Positions 22,294 to 31,934 of a DNA stretch of 64,000 nucleotides are shown in pieces (position 1 is the first letter of the stretch; every line of letters begins with the position of its first letter). Source of the stretch: Longimicrobiales bacterium (GTDB lineage Bacteria > Gemmatimonadota > Gemmatimonadetes > Longimicrobiales > Gaopeijiaceae); assembly GCA_041690395.1 (NCBI GenBank), contig JAWLHJ010000001.1:96001-160000 (forward strand), read 5' to 3'. The notes under the pieces are model-generated. The model had not been told where the DNA came from and did no database searches. It saw only the letters and a list, made by a program, of their open reading frames with translations. A program made the position numbers and the translations under genes.

Positions 22294-23643
22294 GTGACCC
22301 TCGCCGACGCCCGCGCGGATCTACCGCCGCGCTACGAGCTCCACCGCGTCCTGAGGATACGGGACGGCATGTCGATCACGGTAGGTATCGTGATCGGTGC
22401 GGGTATTCTGCGCACTCCGGGCCTCATCGCCGGATATCTCGGAGACCCGTGGCTCATCCTGGGCCTCTGGTTCTTCGGCGGCGTGGTGGTGGCCATGTCC
22501 ACGCTCGTGCTGGGCGAGATGGCCGCGGCGTTCCCCGAGGCCGGCGGCAAGTACGTCTACGCGCGCCACGCCTGGGGCGACACCATGGGCTTCGTGGCGG
22601 GCTGGTCCGAGCTCCTGGTCACCCGCGGCTTCAGCGGTGCGGCGAAGGCCGTGGCCATCGCCGAGTACATCCGCATCCTCCTCGGGGGCCGGGGCTCGGT
22701 CTCGCTCATGGCGCTGGCCATCGTGCTCGCGTTCTTCGCCCTGCACACGCGTGGCCTCAAGGCCAGCACCCTGTTCCAGAACGTCACGACGGTGCTCAAG
22801 ATCCTCATCATCCTGCTGATCGCCGCCGCCGGCATCTGGGTGGGAGACCTCGCGGGCTTCCAGCCGGCACCCACGACCGCGTCGGGGCCGACGGCCGGTC
22901 TCCTGGGGTTCGCCCTCGCCTACCAGTCGATCTCGTTCGCCTACTACGGGTGGGAGGACGCCGCCAAGATGGCGGAGGAGGTCAAGGATCCCGGCCGCGC
23001 CCTCCCGCGCATCCTCGTCGGAGGCTCCGTCGCGGTCATGGTGCTGTACCTGCTCATGAACGTGTCCTTCCTCGCGGCGCTGACGCCCGCCGAGATGGCC
23101 GGCTCCGAGCTCGTGGCCGCCGACGCCATCTCGAGCGTATTCGGAGCGGCGGCCGGCACCGTGGTGGTCGTCGCGAGCCTCGTGATCCTGATCTCGAGCG
23201 CCAACGTGAACTTCCTGGGTCTCCCCCGTGTGGCCTATGGGCTCGCGCAGAAGGGCCTCGCGCCCCAACGGTTCGGAGTGCTCGACCACCGCAGCACTCC
23301 GAGGAACGGGCTGACGTTCATCTCGCTCTGGATCGGGGCGCTGGCGCTCACGGGGGCCTTCGAGCTGCTGATCCGCTTCATGATGACCGTGGCGATCGCC
23401 GTAGACACCATGGTGCTCCTCGGGTACTTCAAGCTCCGCCGCGACCGGCCCGAGCTCGAGCGTCCCTTCAGAACGCCCGGCCATCCGTGGCTGGCCATGG
23501 CCACCGTCGTGCTCTACATGGCCATCCTGGTGATTCTGGTCGGAACGCAGCCGGCCCTGTCGGTGGGAGCTGGCGCGATGTTGGCCGGACTGGTTCTCGC
23601 TGGATGGCTGACGGCTCGCCGACGACCCGCCTCCACGTCGTGA
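22294..23643 (+). CDS. APC-family amino acid permease
   Basis: GIVIGAGIL, EMAAAFPEAGGKYVY, FAYYGWE, AEEVKDP, RPFRTPG; about 12 TM helices. Confidence 0.92.
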   Translation: MTLADARADLPPRYELHRVLRIRDGMSITVGIVIGAGILRTPGLIAGYLGDPWLILGLWFFGGVVVAMSTLVLGEMAAAFPEAGGKYVYARHAWGDTMGFVAGWSELLVTRGFSGAAKAVAIAEYIRILLGGRGSVSLMALAIVLAFFALHTRGLKASTLFQNVTTVLKILIILLIAAAGIWVGDLAGFQPAPTTASGPTAGLLGFALAYQSISFAYYGWEDAAKMAEEVKDPGRALPRILVGGSVAVMVLYLLMNVSFLAALTPAEMAGSELVAADAISSVFGAAAGTVVVVASLVILISSANVNFLGLPRVAYGLAQKGLAPQRFGVLDHRSTPRNGLTFISLWIGALALTGAFELLIRFMMTVAIAVDTMVLLGYFKLRRDRPELERPFRTPGHPWLAMATVVLYMAILVILVGTQPALSVGAGAMLAGLVLAGWLTARRRPASTS

Positions 23644-24566
23644 GCGGATCGTCGCAGACGTCTTCCGGCGTGCGCGCGCTCCTCGTGCTCCACGGAGAGC
23701 ATGGGGTCCGCGAGGACATCCGGGAGGTCGTGGAGGTGCTGCGGGCCGAGGGCGTCGACATCGAGGTCCGCCTGACCTGGGAGGGCGGGCACGCGGCTCT
23801 CTTCGCCCGTGAGGGCGCGGACGACGGCCGCACCGTGGTGGCGGGGGGCGGCGACGGAACGGTGCACGAGGTGGCCGAGGCCCTCGTCCGGAATGGGGCG
23901 GACGTGCCGATGGGAATCCTGCCGCTCGGGACGGCGAACGACTTCGCGGCGTCCGCCGGGATCCCGCTCGACGACCCGGGCCGTGCGCTTCGGTTGGCCC
24001 TCGACAGCGCGTCCGTGAGGTCCGTGGACCTCCTGGGCGTGGGCGACCACACCGTCGTGAATCTCGCATCCGCAGGCCCCGCCACACGGCTCACCGTCCA
24101 GACGTCCGACGGGCTCAAGCGCGTGCTCGGAAGCCTCTCCTACGCGGTGTCGGGGATCACGCAGATCGCGGCCATGGAAGCGCAGGAAGGCACGGTGCGG
24201 GGCCCGGACTTCGAGTGGAGCGGCAGATTTCTCGCCGTGGCCGTCGGGAACGGGAACCAGGCCGGCGGCGGCATCGTCCTGTGTCCCGATGCGGTGATCG
24301 ACGACGGGCTCCTCGACGTGCGCGTGGTCCCGGAAGGAGACGGTGCGGGCCGGCTGCTTCTCGACAGCCTGCTCCACGGCCGCGACGCCGTCCTGGAGGA
24401 AGCCTCTTTCGGCCATCGAGGCGCCTGGGTGGAGATCGAGACCACCGAGACGCTCCATGTGAACCTCGACGGCGAACCCGTCGACGGGACGTCGTTCCGC
24501 TTCGAAGTCCGCAGGGGCGCCCTCCGGCTGGCGCTTCCGGAGGCTTCGCCTCTCCTGGGCGGGTAG
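23640..24566 (+). CDS. Diacylglycerol kinase family lipid kinase (YegS-like)
   Basis: GGGDGTVHEV, PLGTANDFA, GNGNQAGGG, NLDGE; GTGA overlap with the permease. Confidence 0.9.
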   Translation: MSGSSQTSSGVRALLVLHGEHGVREDIREVVEVLRAEGVDIEVRLTWEGGHAALFAREGADDGRTVVAGGGDGTVHEVAEALVRNGADVPMGILPLGTANDFAASAGIPLDDPGRALRLALDSASVRSVDLLGVGDHTVVNLASAGPATRLTVQTSDGLKRVLGSLSYAVSGITQIAAMEAQEGTVRGPDFEWSGRFLAVAVGNGNQAGGGIVLCPDAVIDDGLLDVRVVPEGDGAGRLLLDSLLHGRDAVLEEASFGHRGAWVEIETTETLHVNLDGEPVDGTSFRFEVRRGALRLALPEASPLLGG

Positions 24567-24626
24567 GGTGCGGGCGCACCGGCCCGCGGGCGTGCTCGAC
24601 CGAACGCCCCAAGGACGTTCGGGGCT

Positions 24627-25706
24627 TCAGCCGGCGACGTCCGACCCGAGCCGCACGGTCCCACCGACGCCCGGCAGGTGGAGATCGTCGGGACGATGGC
24701 CCGCCTCGGCCCACGCCGCACGCGTGCGCTCCGGAGGCTCGAGCGGATTCTCGTCGGTGAGGCGGAACGCTCCCCAGTGCATGCCTACCATCGCGCCGGC
24801 CCCACCCAGGTCGCCGTAGGCTCGCACGGCCTCCTCCGGATTCATGTGCGAGTCCGCCATGAACCAACGTGGCTCATAGGCACCGATGGGGAGGATCGAG
24901 ACACGGAACGGCCCCAGCCGCTCCCCGATCTCCCGGAACGACGGGCAGTATCCGGAGTCGCCCCCGAAATACACCCGGCTTCCCGAGCCGGCGGGGACGA
25001 TCGCCCACGACGCCCAGAGCTCTCGGTTCGCATGCAGCCCTCGGCGCGTCCAGTGCCGCACCGGAAGGCAGATCAAGCGAACCGGCCCCCGCCCCGAGGT
25101 CACCTCGACCTGGTCCCACCAATCCAGCTCGACGACGTCCCGGACCCCCCGGCGGCGAAGGAAGGGTCCGTACCCGAGCGGCGTATACCACGGGAGGTCC
25201 CCCCCGTGGCGGTCGACGAGCGACCGGACGGTCCGCGCGTCGAGGTGGTCGTAGTGCCCATGCGACAGGAGCACGCCGTCCATGGGCGGAAGCTCGTCGA
25301 GGTCGATGCCGGGACCCGCGAAGCGGGGCCCACCGAGAAGAGAGAAGGGACCGGCTCTGGCCGACCAGATCGGATCGGTGATCAGATTGAGGCCGGGCAC
25401 CTGAACGAGAAGGGTCGCGTGCCCGACGAACGTGATCCGGACCTCACCCTCGTCGGCATGGGGCCGCGACACCGCCGGCCGGCCTCTCGGAACCTCCTCG
25501 GGCGACGGATCGGGCGGCAGCTCCGAGCGCCACCGCTCCCACATCCACCTCAGAAAGCCACCCGGACGCCGCTCGAGGTCCGGGTGCGGAGGCCATGGGT
25601 TGCGAAAGCCGCCCCCCGGCGCGTGGTGGGCAGGCGCACCCCGGTCCTCGGGAGCCGGAGGAGCTTCGGGCGCCCGCGCTACCGGGCGCGCGGAGGACGC
25701 GCTCAT
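24627..25706 (-). CDS. MBL-fold metallo-hydrolase (NAPE-PLD/RomA-like)
   Basis: FRNPW, GHATLL, TDPIWS, SHGHYDHLD, YFGGDSGY, PIGAYEPRWFM, MHWGAF. Confidence 0.9.
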   Translation of the reverse strand: MSASSARPVARAPEAPPAPEDRGAPAHHAPGGGFRNPWPPHPDLERRPGGFLRWMWERWRSELPPDPSPEEVPRGRPAVSRPHADEGEVRITFVGHATLLVQVPGLNLITDPIWSARAGPFSLLGGPRFAGPGIDLDELPPMDGVLLSHGHYDHLDARTVRSLVDRHGGDLPWYTPLGYGPFLRRRGVRDVVELDWWDQVEVTSGRGPVRLICLPVRHWTRRGLHANRELWASWAIVPAGSGSRVYFGGDSGYCPSFREIGERLGPFRVSILPIGAYEPRWFMADSHMNPEEAVRAYGDLGGAGAMVGMHWGAFRLTDENPLEPPERTRAAWAEAGHRPDDLHLPGVGGTVRLGSDVAG

Positions 25707-25851
25707 GGATCCTTCATGGCCAGGGGGCTCCTCGCACCCAACGGTTCACGTCACCGGATCCTGCTCCGGCGCGGGCCCGTAACGTTGACACGACCGACGC
25801 GCCCACGCGAGGTTCGCGCCGAACCCTTCAAGCTTCTTCGTCGTCCCAGGC

Positions 25852-28800
25852 ATGCGGCCGCGGCCCACCCTCCTCGTCCTCGCGATTCTCGCCACCGTCC
25901 CGGCTGGGCTGTGGGCTCAGGACACGAGTGTCCCGCTCGATCCGGGCCGGCCGCTCACGGACTTCACCGTCGACGTCTGGACGGAGGACGACGGGCTCCC
26001 CCAGAACATGGCGTCGGCCATAGCCCAGACACCGGACGGCTTCCTGTGGCTGGGGATGGAGGAGGGGCTCGTGCGGTTCGACGGCTTCGACTTTCGGGTC
26101 TTCCGGCCCGAGAACGCCCCCGCCTTCACGACGCCCTGGGTCACCTCGCTCTGGCCCGACCCCGACGGGACCCTATGGATCGGCACCGCCGGCGGAGGAC
26201 TCGTACGCCTTCGGGAGGGTGCCTTCACGGCGTTTACGACCGACGACGGGCTCCCGCACGCGAACGTGCGGGGCCTGCATCGCGACACGCGGGGCACGCT
26301 CTGGATCGGAACCGAAGGCGGAGGCCTCGCCGCCTGGGACCCGGACGGAACACGCCGGCGCTTCACCACCGCCGACGGGCTGGCGAGCGACTTCGTGCTG
26401 TCGGTGGGTGAGTCCGAAGACGGCGCCGTCTGGGTCGGCACCGTGGACGGGCTCACGAGAATCCGGGACGGATCACTCGAGACGTTCCGGCGATCCGACG
26501 GGCTCCCGGGAAGCCGTGTCAACGCCGTGCTCGGATCGGCCGACGGGTCGGTATGGCTCGGCACCACCGATGGAGGCCTCTCCCGACATGTGGACGGTCG
26601 CTTCGTGGCGTGGGCCACGGAGCAGGGGCTCTCGAGCAATTCCGTCACCTCGCTCTACGAGGACGCCGCCGGCACGATCTGGGTCGGGACCAACGGCGGC
26701 GGCTTGAACCGGATCGTCGACGGAGAGGTCACCTCGATCACCACGGCGCGCGGACTTCCGGGGAACCTTATCCTCTCGCTGGCCGGAGACCGGGAGGGCG
26801 GGCTCTGGCTCGGGATGACCGGCGCGGGGCTCGGCCGCATGCGCGAGGGCGTCGTGCGCGTGCTCGGACAGCCGGAAGGGCTGTCCGCCGACATCGCGCT
26901 GGCCATGCACGAAACCGGCGACGGAGAGCTCTGGATCGGCACCGCCGGCGGGGGTGTGAATCACGTCGGCCAGGACGGCATCCGGGCGTACACGACCGCG
27001 GAAGGTCTCGCCCACAACGTCGTCATCTCACTGGGAGGCGGCGGTCCGAACGGCGAGGTGTGGGTCGGAACGCCTTCGGGGGTGAGCCGCATTCGCGATG
27101 GCCGCGTGACGACGCTCGACGAGGACGACGGGCTCTTGAGCGCCCAGGCGACGGCCATCGTCGTCGAGCCCGGCGGAGCCGTCTGGCTCGGCATGCCGGG
27201 CCGGGGCCTCCAACGCTGGGACGCCGGTCCCGAGGCCGTATGGAACACGGACAACGGGTTGCCGAGCGACTTCGTGACGTCCCTCCGTCTGAGCCCCTCC
27301 GGAGCACTGTGGATCGGCACACGAGACGGCCTCGCGCGGCTTCGGGACGACGAGATCACGACAGTGGACCTCGGCACACCGGGGGCGCCGTCGAACGCGG
27401 TCAACGGGATCTCCGAGTCCGCCTCCGGAACGCTCTGGGTCGCGAGCAACGGAGGCCTCGGCCGGCTACGCCCCGACGGCACTACGACGCGTTACGGCCC
27501 GGAACAAGGGCCCTTCGAGGGCCAGATCCATGCGGCGATCGAGGACTCGCTCGGCTTCCTCTGGGTCTCGTCGAACGACGGGATCCACCGGATCAGCGTG
27601 GGAGATCTCGACGCCATCGACCGTGGGGCGATCGAGGGTGTGCGGTCACGAGCGTTCACGCGCGCCGACGGGCTCCGATCCGCCGAGGCGAACGGCGGTG
27701 TCGATCCGGCGGGACTCCTCCGGGCCGACGGCAGCGTCTGGTTCCCGACCATGCGGGGCGCCGCTCGCCTGGAGCCCCTCGTCTCGGTACCCGAGCGCAC
27801 TCCCCCGACACCCGTAATCGAGTACGTCGTCGTGAACGACGTGCCCCACCCACCGCTTGACGACGTCGTTCTCGGGCCGCATGCCCGCACGCTCGAGTTC
27901 CACTTCACCGCCCCGACCTTCGTCGCCCCGGACGAAGTGAACTTCCGGTATCGCCTGGAAGGCTTCGACGACGACTGGGTGGAGTCGGGAGCGCGGCGCG
28001 AAGCCTATTACACCGCCCTCCCACCCGGGTCGTACGCCTTTCGGACCGCCGCGCGCCGAGGAGCCGGGCCATGGAACGAGGTCGAGGCGAGTCAGCCGTT
28101 CACGCTGGAGCCGTATTTCCACGAGACGTTGTGGTTCCGCTCGCTGATCGCACTCGGAATCCTCGCCCTCGCCTGGGGAGCCTACCGGCTACGCGTCCGG
28201 CGACTGGAAGCCCGGCAGCGTGAGCTCCTCGCGCTCACGACCGAACAGAGGCGCACGGAACGCGCGCTCCGCGAGAGCCGCGAGCGCCTGCAGCTGGCGC
28301 TCGACTCCGGGCGCATGGGCACCTGGGAGTGGGACGTGTCGACGGGCCGGATCGCGCTGGACCCGGCCACCGAGCAAATGCTCGGCGTGAACGCCCGCCA
28401 TATCGACGATGCCCTCCTTCAGATCCGCGATCGCGTGTCCCCGGACGACCACGCGAGGTTGGCCGAGCTCCCGAAGCGCGTCGGCAGCGGAGAGTCGAGC
28501 GTGCACCTCGACTTCTCGGTACACGGCACGGACGGCGGGCCCCGCCACGTGGAGCTCCGCGGGCAGACGTTCCTCGACGAGCACGGTCGCCCTCAGCACG
28601 TCATGGGCGTCGTCGCGGACATCAGCGAGCTCATGGACACGCAGAGCGCGCTCCGCCTCCGCGAGGAGGAGCTGCGGCATGCCCAGAAGATGGAGGCGGT
28701 CGGCCGGCTCGCCGGCGGGGTCGCCCACGACTTCAACAACCTCCTCACCACCATCCTCGGGCGGACACAGTTCCTGAAAGAGTCCGTCGAGGAGGCCGAG

Positions 28801-29850
28801 GCGCGCGAGGATCTCGAGGAGATCCAGAAGTCCGCGGAGCGCGCCGCGAATCTCACGCAACAGCTCCTTACATTCAGCCGCAAGCAGGTGCTGCAACCTC
28901 GGAGGGTCGACCTCGACGAGCTCGTCGGCGATCTCGAGCGCATGCTCAGGCGCCTTCTTCGAGAAGACGTGATTCTGGAGACGCGCCTCGCTCCGAACCT
29001 TCCCGCGATCCACGCGGACCCGGGCAGCATCGAGCAGGTGCTCGTGAACCTGGTGGTCAACGCACAGGACGCGATGCCGCAGGGTGGTCGACTCTGCATC
29101 GAGACGTCCTTCGGGTCGGCCGACTTGGCTGCTCCGGAGATCGCCGACGGTCCCTTCGTCGTCCTGACCGTGTCGGACACCGGTGAGGGCATGACCGAAG
29201 AGACGCTGAAGCACGCGTTCGATCCGTTCTTCACGACCAAGCCGATCGGCAAGGGGACGGGGCTCGGCCTCGCCACCGTTTACGGCATCGTGCAGCAGTG
29301 TGGGGGTGAGGTCCGAGTCGATACCGCGGTCGGTGAGGGAAGCACGTTCCGGATCTACCTCCCGGCCTCCGACGTCCCGGCCGCTGGTCACACCGGGCGC
29401 GAGCTCGCGGAGAGCCCCGAGCAGGGCCTCGATGTCGACGATCGGCACCGGCCGGACGACGCCGGCGGCGCGACGGAGCGGGCGGGACGCATCCTACTCG
29501 TTGAAGACGACGACTCGGTCCGCCCGCTGATGCAGAAAGTGCTCACCCGGCACGGCTACGAGGTCGTCCACGCGGCGTCGGGCCACGAGGCCCTCGAGAT
29601 ATGCCGTCGAGAAGGCGACACATTCGACCTGTTGCTGTCCGACGTCGTCATGCCGGGCATGAACGGTCGTGAGCTCGCCGAAGCCGTCCGCACGATCCGA
29701 CCCGACGTCGCGGTCCTGCTCGTCTCCGGGCATCACGAAGACGAAGTCCTGAAGCGTGGCATCGACGAGTACGAGACCGCGTTCCTGCGCAAGCCGTTCG
29801 ACGCGCCCAGGCTCATCGAGACGGTCGACGAGCTGCTGGCGGGTCGCTGA
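25852..29850 (+). CDS. Hybrid sensor histidine kinase: periplasmic beta-propeller repeats, Y_Y_Y domain, TM, PAS, HisKA, HATPase, REC
   Basis: Signal peptide; about 14 W(I/V/L)GT.GG-type repeats; FRYRLEGFD..W; GVAHDFNNLL; NLVVNAQDAM; DTGEGM, FFTTK, GTGLGL; LLSDVVMPGMNG...LRKPF. Confidence 0.93.
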   Translation: MRPRPTLLVLAILATVPAGLWAQDTSVPLDPGRPLTDFTVDVWTEDDGLPQNMASAIAQTPDGFLWLGMEEGLVRFDGFDFRVFRPENAPAFTTPWVTSLWPDPDGTLWIGTAGGGLVRLREGAFTAFTTDDGLPHANVRGLHRDTRGTLWIGTEGGGLAAWDPDGTRRRFTTADGLASDFVLSVGESEDGAVWVGTVDGLTRIRDGSLETFRRSDGLPGSRVNAVLGSADGSVWLGTTDGGLSRHVDGRFVAWATEQGLSSNSVTSLYEDAAGTIWVGTNGGGLNRIVDGEVTSITTARGLPGNLILSLAGDREGGLWLGMTGAGLGRMREGVVRVLGQPEGLSADIALAMHETGDGELWIGTAGGGVNHVGQDGIRAYTTAEGLAHNVVISLGGGGPNGEVWVGTPSGVSRIRDGRVTTLDEDDGLLSAQATAIVVEPGGAVWLGMPGRGLQRWDAGPEAVWNTDNGLPSDFVTSLRLSPSGALWIGTRDGLARLRDDEITTVDLGTPGAPSNAVNGISESASGTLWVASNGGLGRLRPDGTTTRYGPEQGPFEGQIHAAIEDSLGFLWVSSNDGIHRISVGDLDAIDRGAIEGVRSRAFTRADGLRSAEANGGVDPAGLLRADGSVWFPTMRGAARLEPLVSVPERTPPTPVIEYVVVNDVPHPPLDDVVLGPHARTLEFHFTAPTFVAPDEVNFRYRLEGFDDDWVESGARREAYYTALPPGSYAFRTAARRGAGPWNEVEASQPFTLEPYFHETLWFRSLIALGILALAWGAYRLRVRRLEARQRELLALTTEQRRTERALRESRERLQLALDSGRMGTWEWDVSTGRIALDPATEQMLGVNARHIDDALLQIRDRVSPDDHARLAELPKRVGSGESSVHLDFSVHGTDGGPRHVELRGQTFLDEHGRPQHVMGVVADISELMDTQSALRLREEELRHAQKMEAVGRLAGGVAHDFNNLLTTILGRTQFLKESVEEAEAREDLEEIQKSAERAANLTQQLLTFSRKQVLQPRRVDLDELVGDLERMLRRLLREDVILETRLAPNLPAIHADPGSIEQVLVNLVVNAQDAMPQGGRLCIETSFGSADLAAPEIADGPFVVLTVSDTGEGMTEETLKHAFDPFFTTKPIGKGTGLGLATVYGIVQQCGGEVRVDTAVGEGSTFRIYLPASDVPAAGHTGRELAESPEQGLDVDDRHRPDDAGGATERAGRILLVEDDDSVRPLMQKVLTRHGYEVVHAASGHEALEICRREGDTFDLLLSDVVMPGMNGRELAEAVRTIRPDVAVLLVSGHHEDEVLKRGIDEYETAFLRKPFDAPRLIETVDELLAGR

Positions 29851-29957
29851 AGGTCGCCCCGGCGATCCGTCCAGTCTGGACGCCGCCCGCCTTGCGGCCC
29901 ATGCTCAGGGGACGCACCGCCGAACCACGAACCCGATCGCAGCTTCCGGAGGTCCCC

Positions 29958-31217
29958 GTGCCACGCCCGACCCTACCGCTCGCCCCACTCGGTGCAATGC
30001 TCGCGCTGAGCGTGCTCGGCACCGCGCCGCTCGCCGCCCAGGACCTGGTGCTCCGCAACGCCAACGTCGTCGACGTCACCGACGGATCGATTCGCGCGGC
30101 CGCCACGGTCGTGGTCACGGACGGGAGGATCACCTCGGTCGGGGACGCCGACTCGGAAGCGCCGGCCGGCGTGACCGTCGTCGACGTCGGCGGCATGTAC
30201 TTGGCACCGGGCCTCATGGACGCCCATGTGCACGTAGGCTCGGAGGACCAGGCCCGCCGCGCGCTCCTCAGCGGCGTGACGACGTTCCGGAGCATGGGCG
30301 CCGACCACTACGCGGACGTGGGCATCCGCGAGCTCCAGCGGGAAGGGTGGCTCGACGCTCCCGAGATGCTGGCCGCGGGCTACCACGTGCGTCCGGACCC
30401 CGCCGAGGCGTTCTTCCAGGACCACCCGGAGTTGGGCTCCTACTACGACACGCCGGTTGCCGACGTCGAGGCCGTGCGGGCCATGACCCGGGCGCTGGTG
30501 TCCCGCGGCGTCGACTTCGTGAAGACGAACGCCACCGAGCGGGCGGGGCTGCCGAACACCGATCCCCGGAAGCAGCTCTACGGCGAAACGGAGATCCGCG
30601 CGATGGTCGAGGAAGCGGAACGGGGCGGAGCGCTCGGAGTGGCGGCTCACGCGCACGGCGACGCCGGAGGCCGAGCGGCCGTGGCGGCGGGCGTCCGGAG
30701 CATCGAGCACGGCACGTACCTGAGCGAAGGGACGCTGACCCTGATGCGCGACCGCGGAACCTATCTGGTCCCGACCATCGCTATCGTGCGTGACCTGACC
30801 CTGGCCGGCGGAGACTACGACAACGCGATCCTGAACATGCGGGGACGGCACATGCTCCCGCGTGTCCAGGAGATGGCTGGCAACGCTCATCGCATCGGCG
30901 TGAAGATCGTGGCCGCCACGGATACCGGATACGGGCCGAACAGCACGACGACGCTCGCTCACGAGCTGCTCGAGTTGGTGGAGATCGGCATGACGCCGCT
31001 TCAGGCGCTTCAGGCCGCCACGACCACCGCGGCTGAGCTGTTCGGCATGGAAGACCGGGTGGGCCGGGTCGCTCCGGGCATGGAGGCGGACCTCATCGTG
31101 CTCGAGCGCAACCCGCTCGAGGACATCGGAGTCGTCCAGGACGTGCTGATGGTCGTCAGCGACGGGCGGGTGATCGTGCAGCGTGGGGACTGGCCGGGAG
31201 GGCGGCCGGTGTCGTGA
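29958..31217 (+). CDS. Exported amidohydrolase family protein (Xaa-Pro dipeptidase-like)
   Basis: Signal peptide; PGLMDAHVH, AAHAHG, SIEHG, ATDTG, EADLI. GTG start chosen after GGAGG. Confidence 0.88.
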   Translation: MPRPTLPLAPLGAMLALSVLGTAPLAAQDLVLRNANVVDVTDGSIRAAATVVVTDGRITSVGDADSEAPAGVTVVDVGGMYLAPGLMDAHVHVGSEDQARRALLSGVTTFRSMGADHYADVGIRELQREGWLDAPEMLAAGYHVRPDPAEAFFQDHPELGSYYDTPVADVEAVRAMTRALVSRGVDFVKTNATERAGLPNTDPRKQLYGETEIRAMVEEAERGGALGVAAHAHGDAGGRAAVAAGVRSIEHGTYLSEGTLTLMRDRGTYLVPTIAIVRDLTLAGGDYDNAILNMRGRHMLPRVQEMAGNAHRIGVKIVAATDTGYGPNSTTTLAHELLELVEIGMTPLQALQAATTTAAELFGMEDRVGRVAPGMEADLIVLERNPLEDIGVVQDVLMVVSDGRVIVQRGDWPGGRPVS

Positions 31218-31224
31218 TGGCCCG

Positions 31225-31932
31225 CTAGAAGCGACGGCCGGCTTCCCTCAACCCGTCTCCGACACGAACCCAGCCGGCGCGTCCGTCGGATGCATCGACG
31301 TGTACCCACCACTCGGTGACTGGCTCACGCGCCTGGCGCACATCATCCGTCGACACCGTGGGGCAAGGATCCGCCTCAACGACCGACCCTTCGACCCGCA
31401 CGAAGCAGGTTCCCTCCGCCCGGTGTTGCAGGAGGGCCAGCGTATCACCCGGGGCGAGCGTCCACTCACCCCGGGTGACATCGGCGGAGTAGTAGGCCTC
31501 GCGAGTGAGCGTGCGGACGGGGCCGAAATTCCTTCCCGTCAGCAGGTGATCCGCGAGCACGACGAGAGCCCCCGGTCGCGCGGTCCGGTAGACGGTCTCG
31601 CCGAACGGGATCTCCTCACCGCGCGTCGAAGCGACGCGCTCGGACGCGCGGCTCGTGTCCGAAGGGAACCACCTGAGGAGGATGACCGTGTCGGACGCCG
31701 CCAACACCGGCCGGCCCTCCCCGGGCCACAGCGCCGTCTGGAACGCCGGCTCCGGACTCTGGAGATCGCCCCGCGGCTCGGCCTCGCTCGGCTCCTCGGC
31801 CCCGGAGTCGGGCGGCGGGTCTCCGCAGCCGAGCGTCCCCAGAAGCAGCCCGGCCATCACACCCGCCGCCGAGAACCTCCAGAGCCATGGAGCGCGCCCC
31901 TCCCCGAGCCGGCGTGTCGCACCACGAAGCAT
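31225..31932 (-). CDS. Hypothetical lipoprotein
   Basis: Hydrophobic stretch ending in a TLGC lipobox; SH3-like WWVHV...GWV C-terminus; fills the gap right after the permease. Confidence 0.6.
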   Translation of the reverse strand: MLRGATRRLGEGRAPWLWRFSAAGVMAGLLLGTLGCGDPPPDSGAEEPSEAEPRGDLQSPEPAFQTALWPGEGRPVLAASDTVILLRWFPSDTSRASERVASTRGEEIPFGETVYRTARPGALVVLADHLLTGRNFGPVRTLTREAYYSADVTRGEWTLAPGDTLALLQHRAEGTCFVRVEGSVVEADPCPTVSTDDVRQAREPVTEWWVHVDASDGRAGWVRVGDGLREAGRRF

Positions 31933-31934
31933 CG

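Noticed and set aside
25950..27760. Recurring TGGATCGGCAC-like sequences as a DNA repeat array
   Set aside because: Explained by protein-level beta-propeller repeats of the kinase sensor domain.
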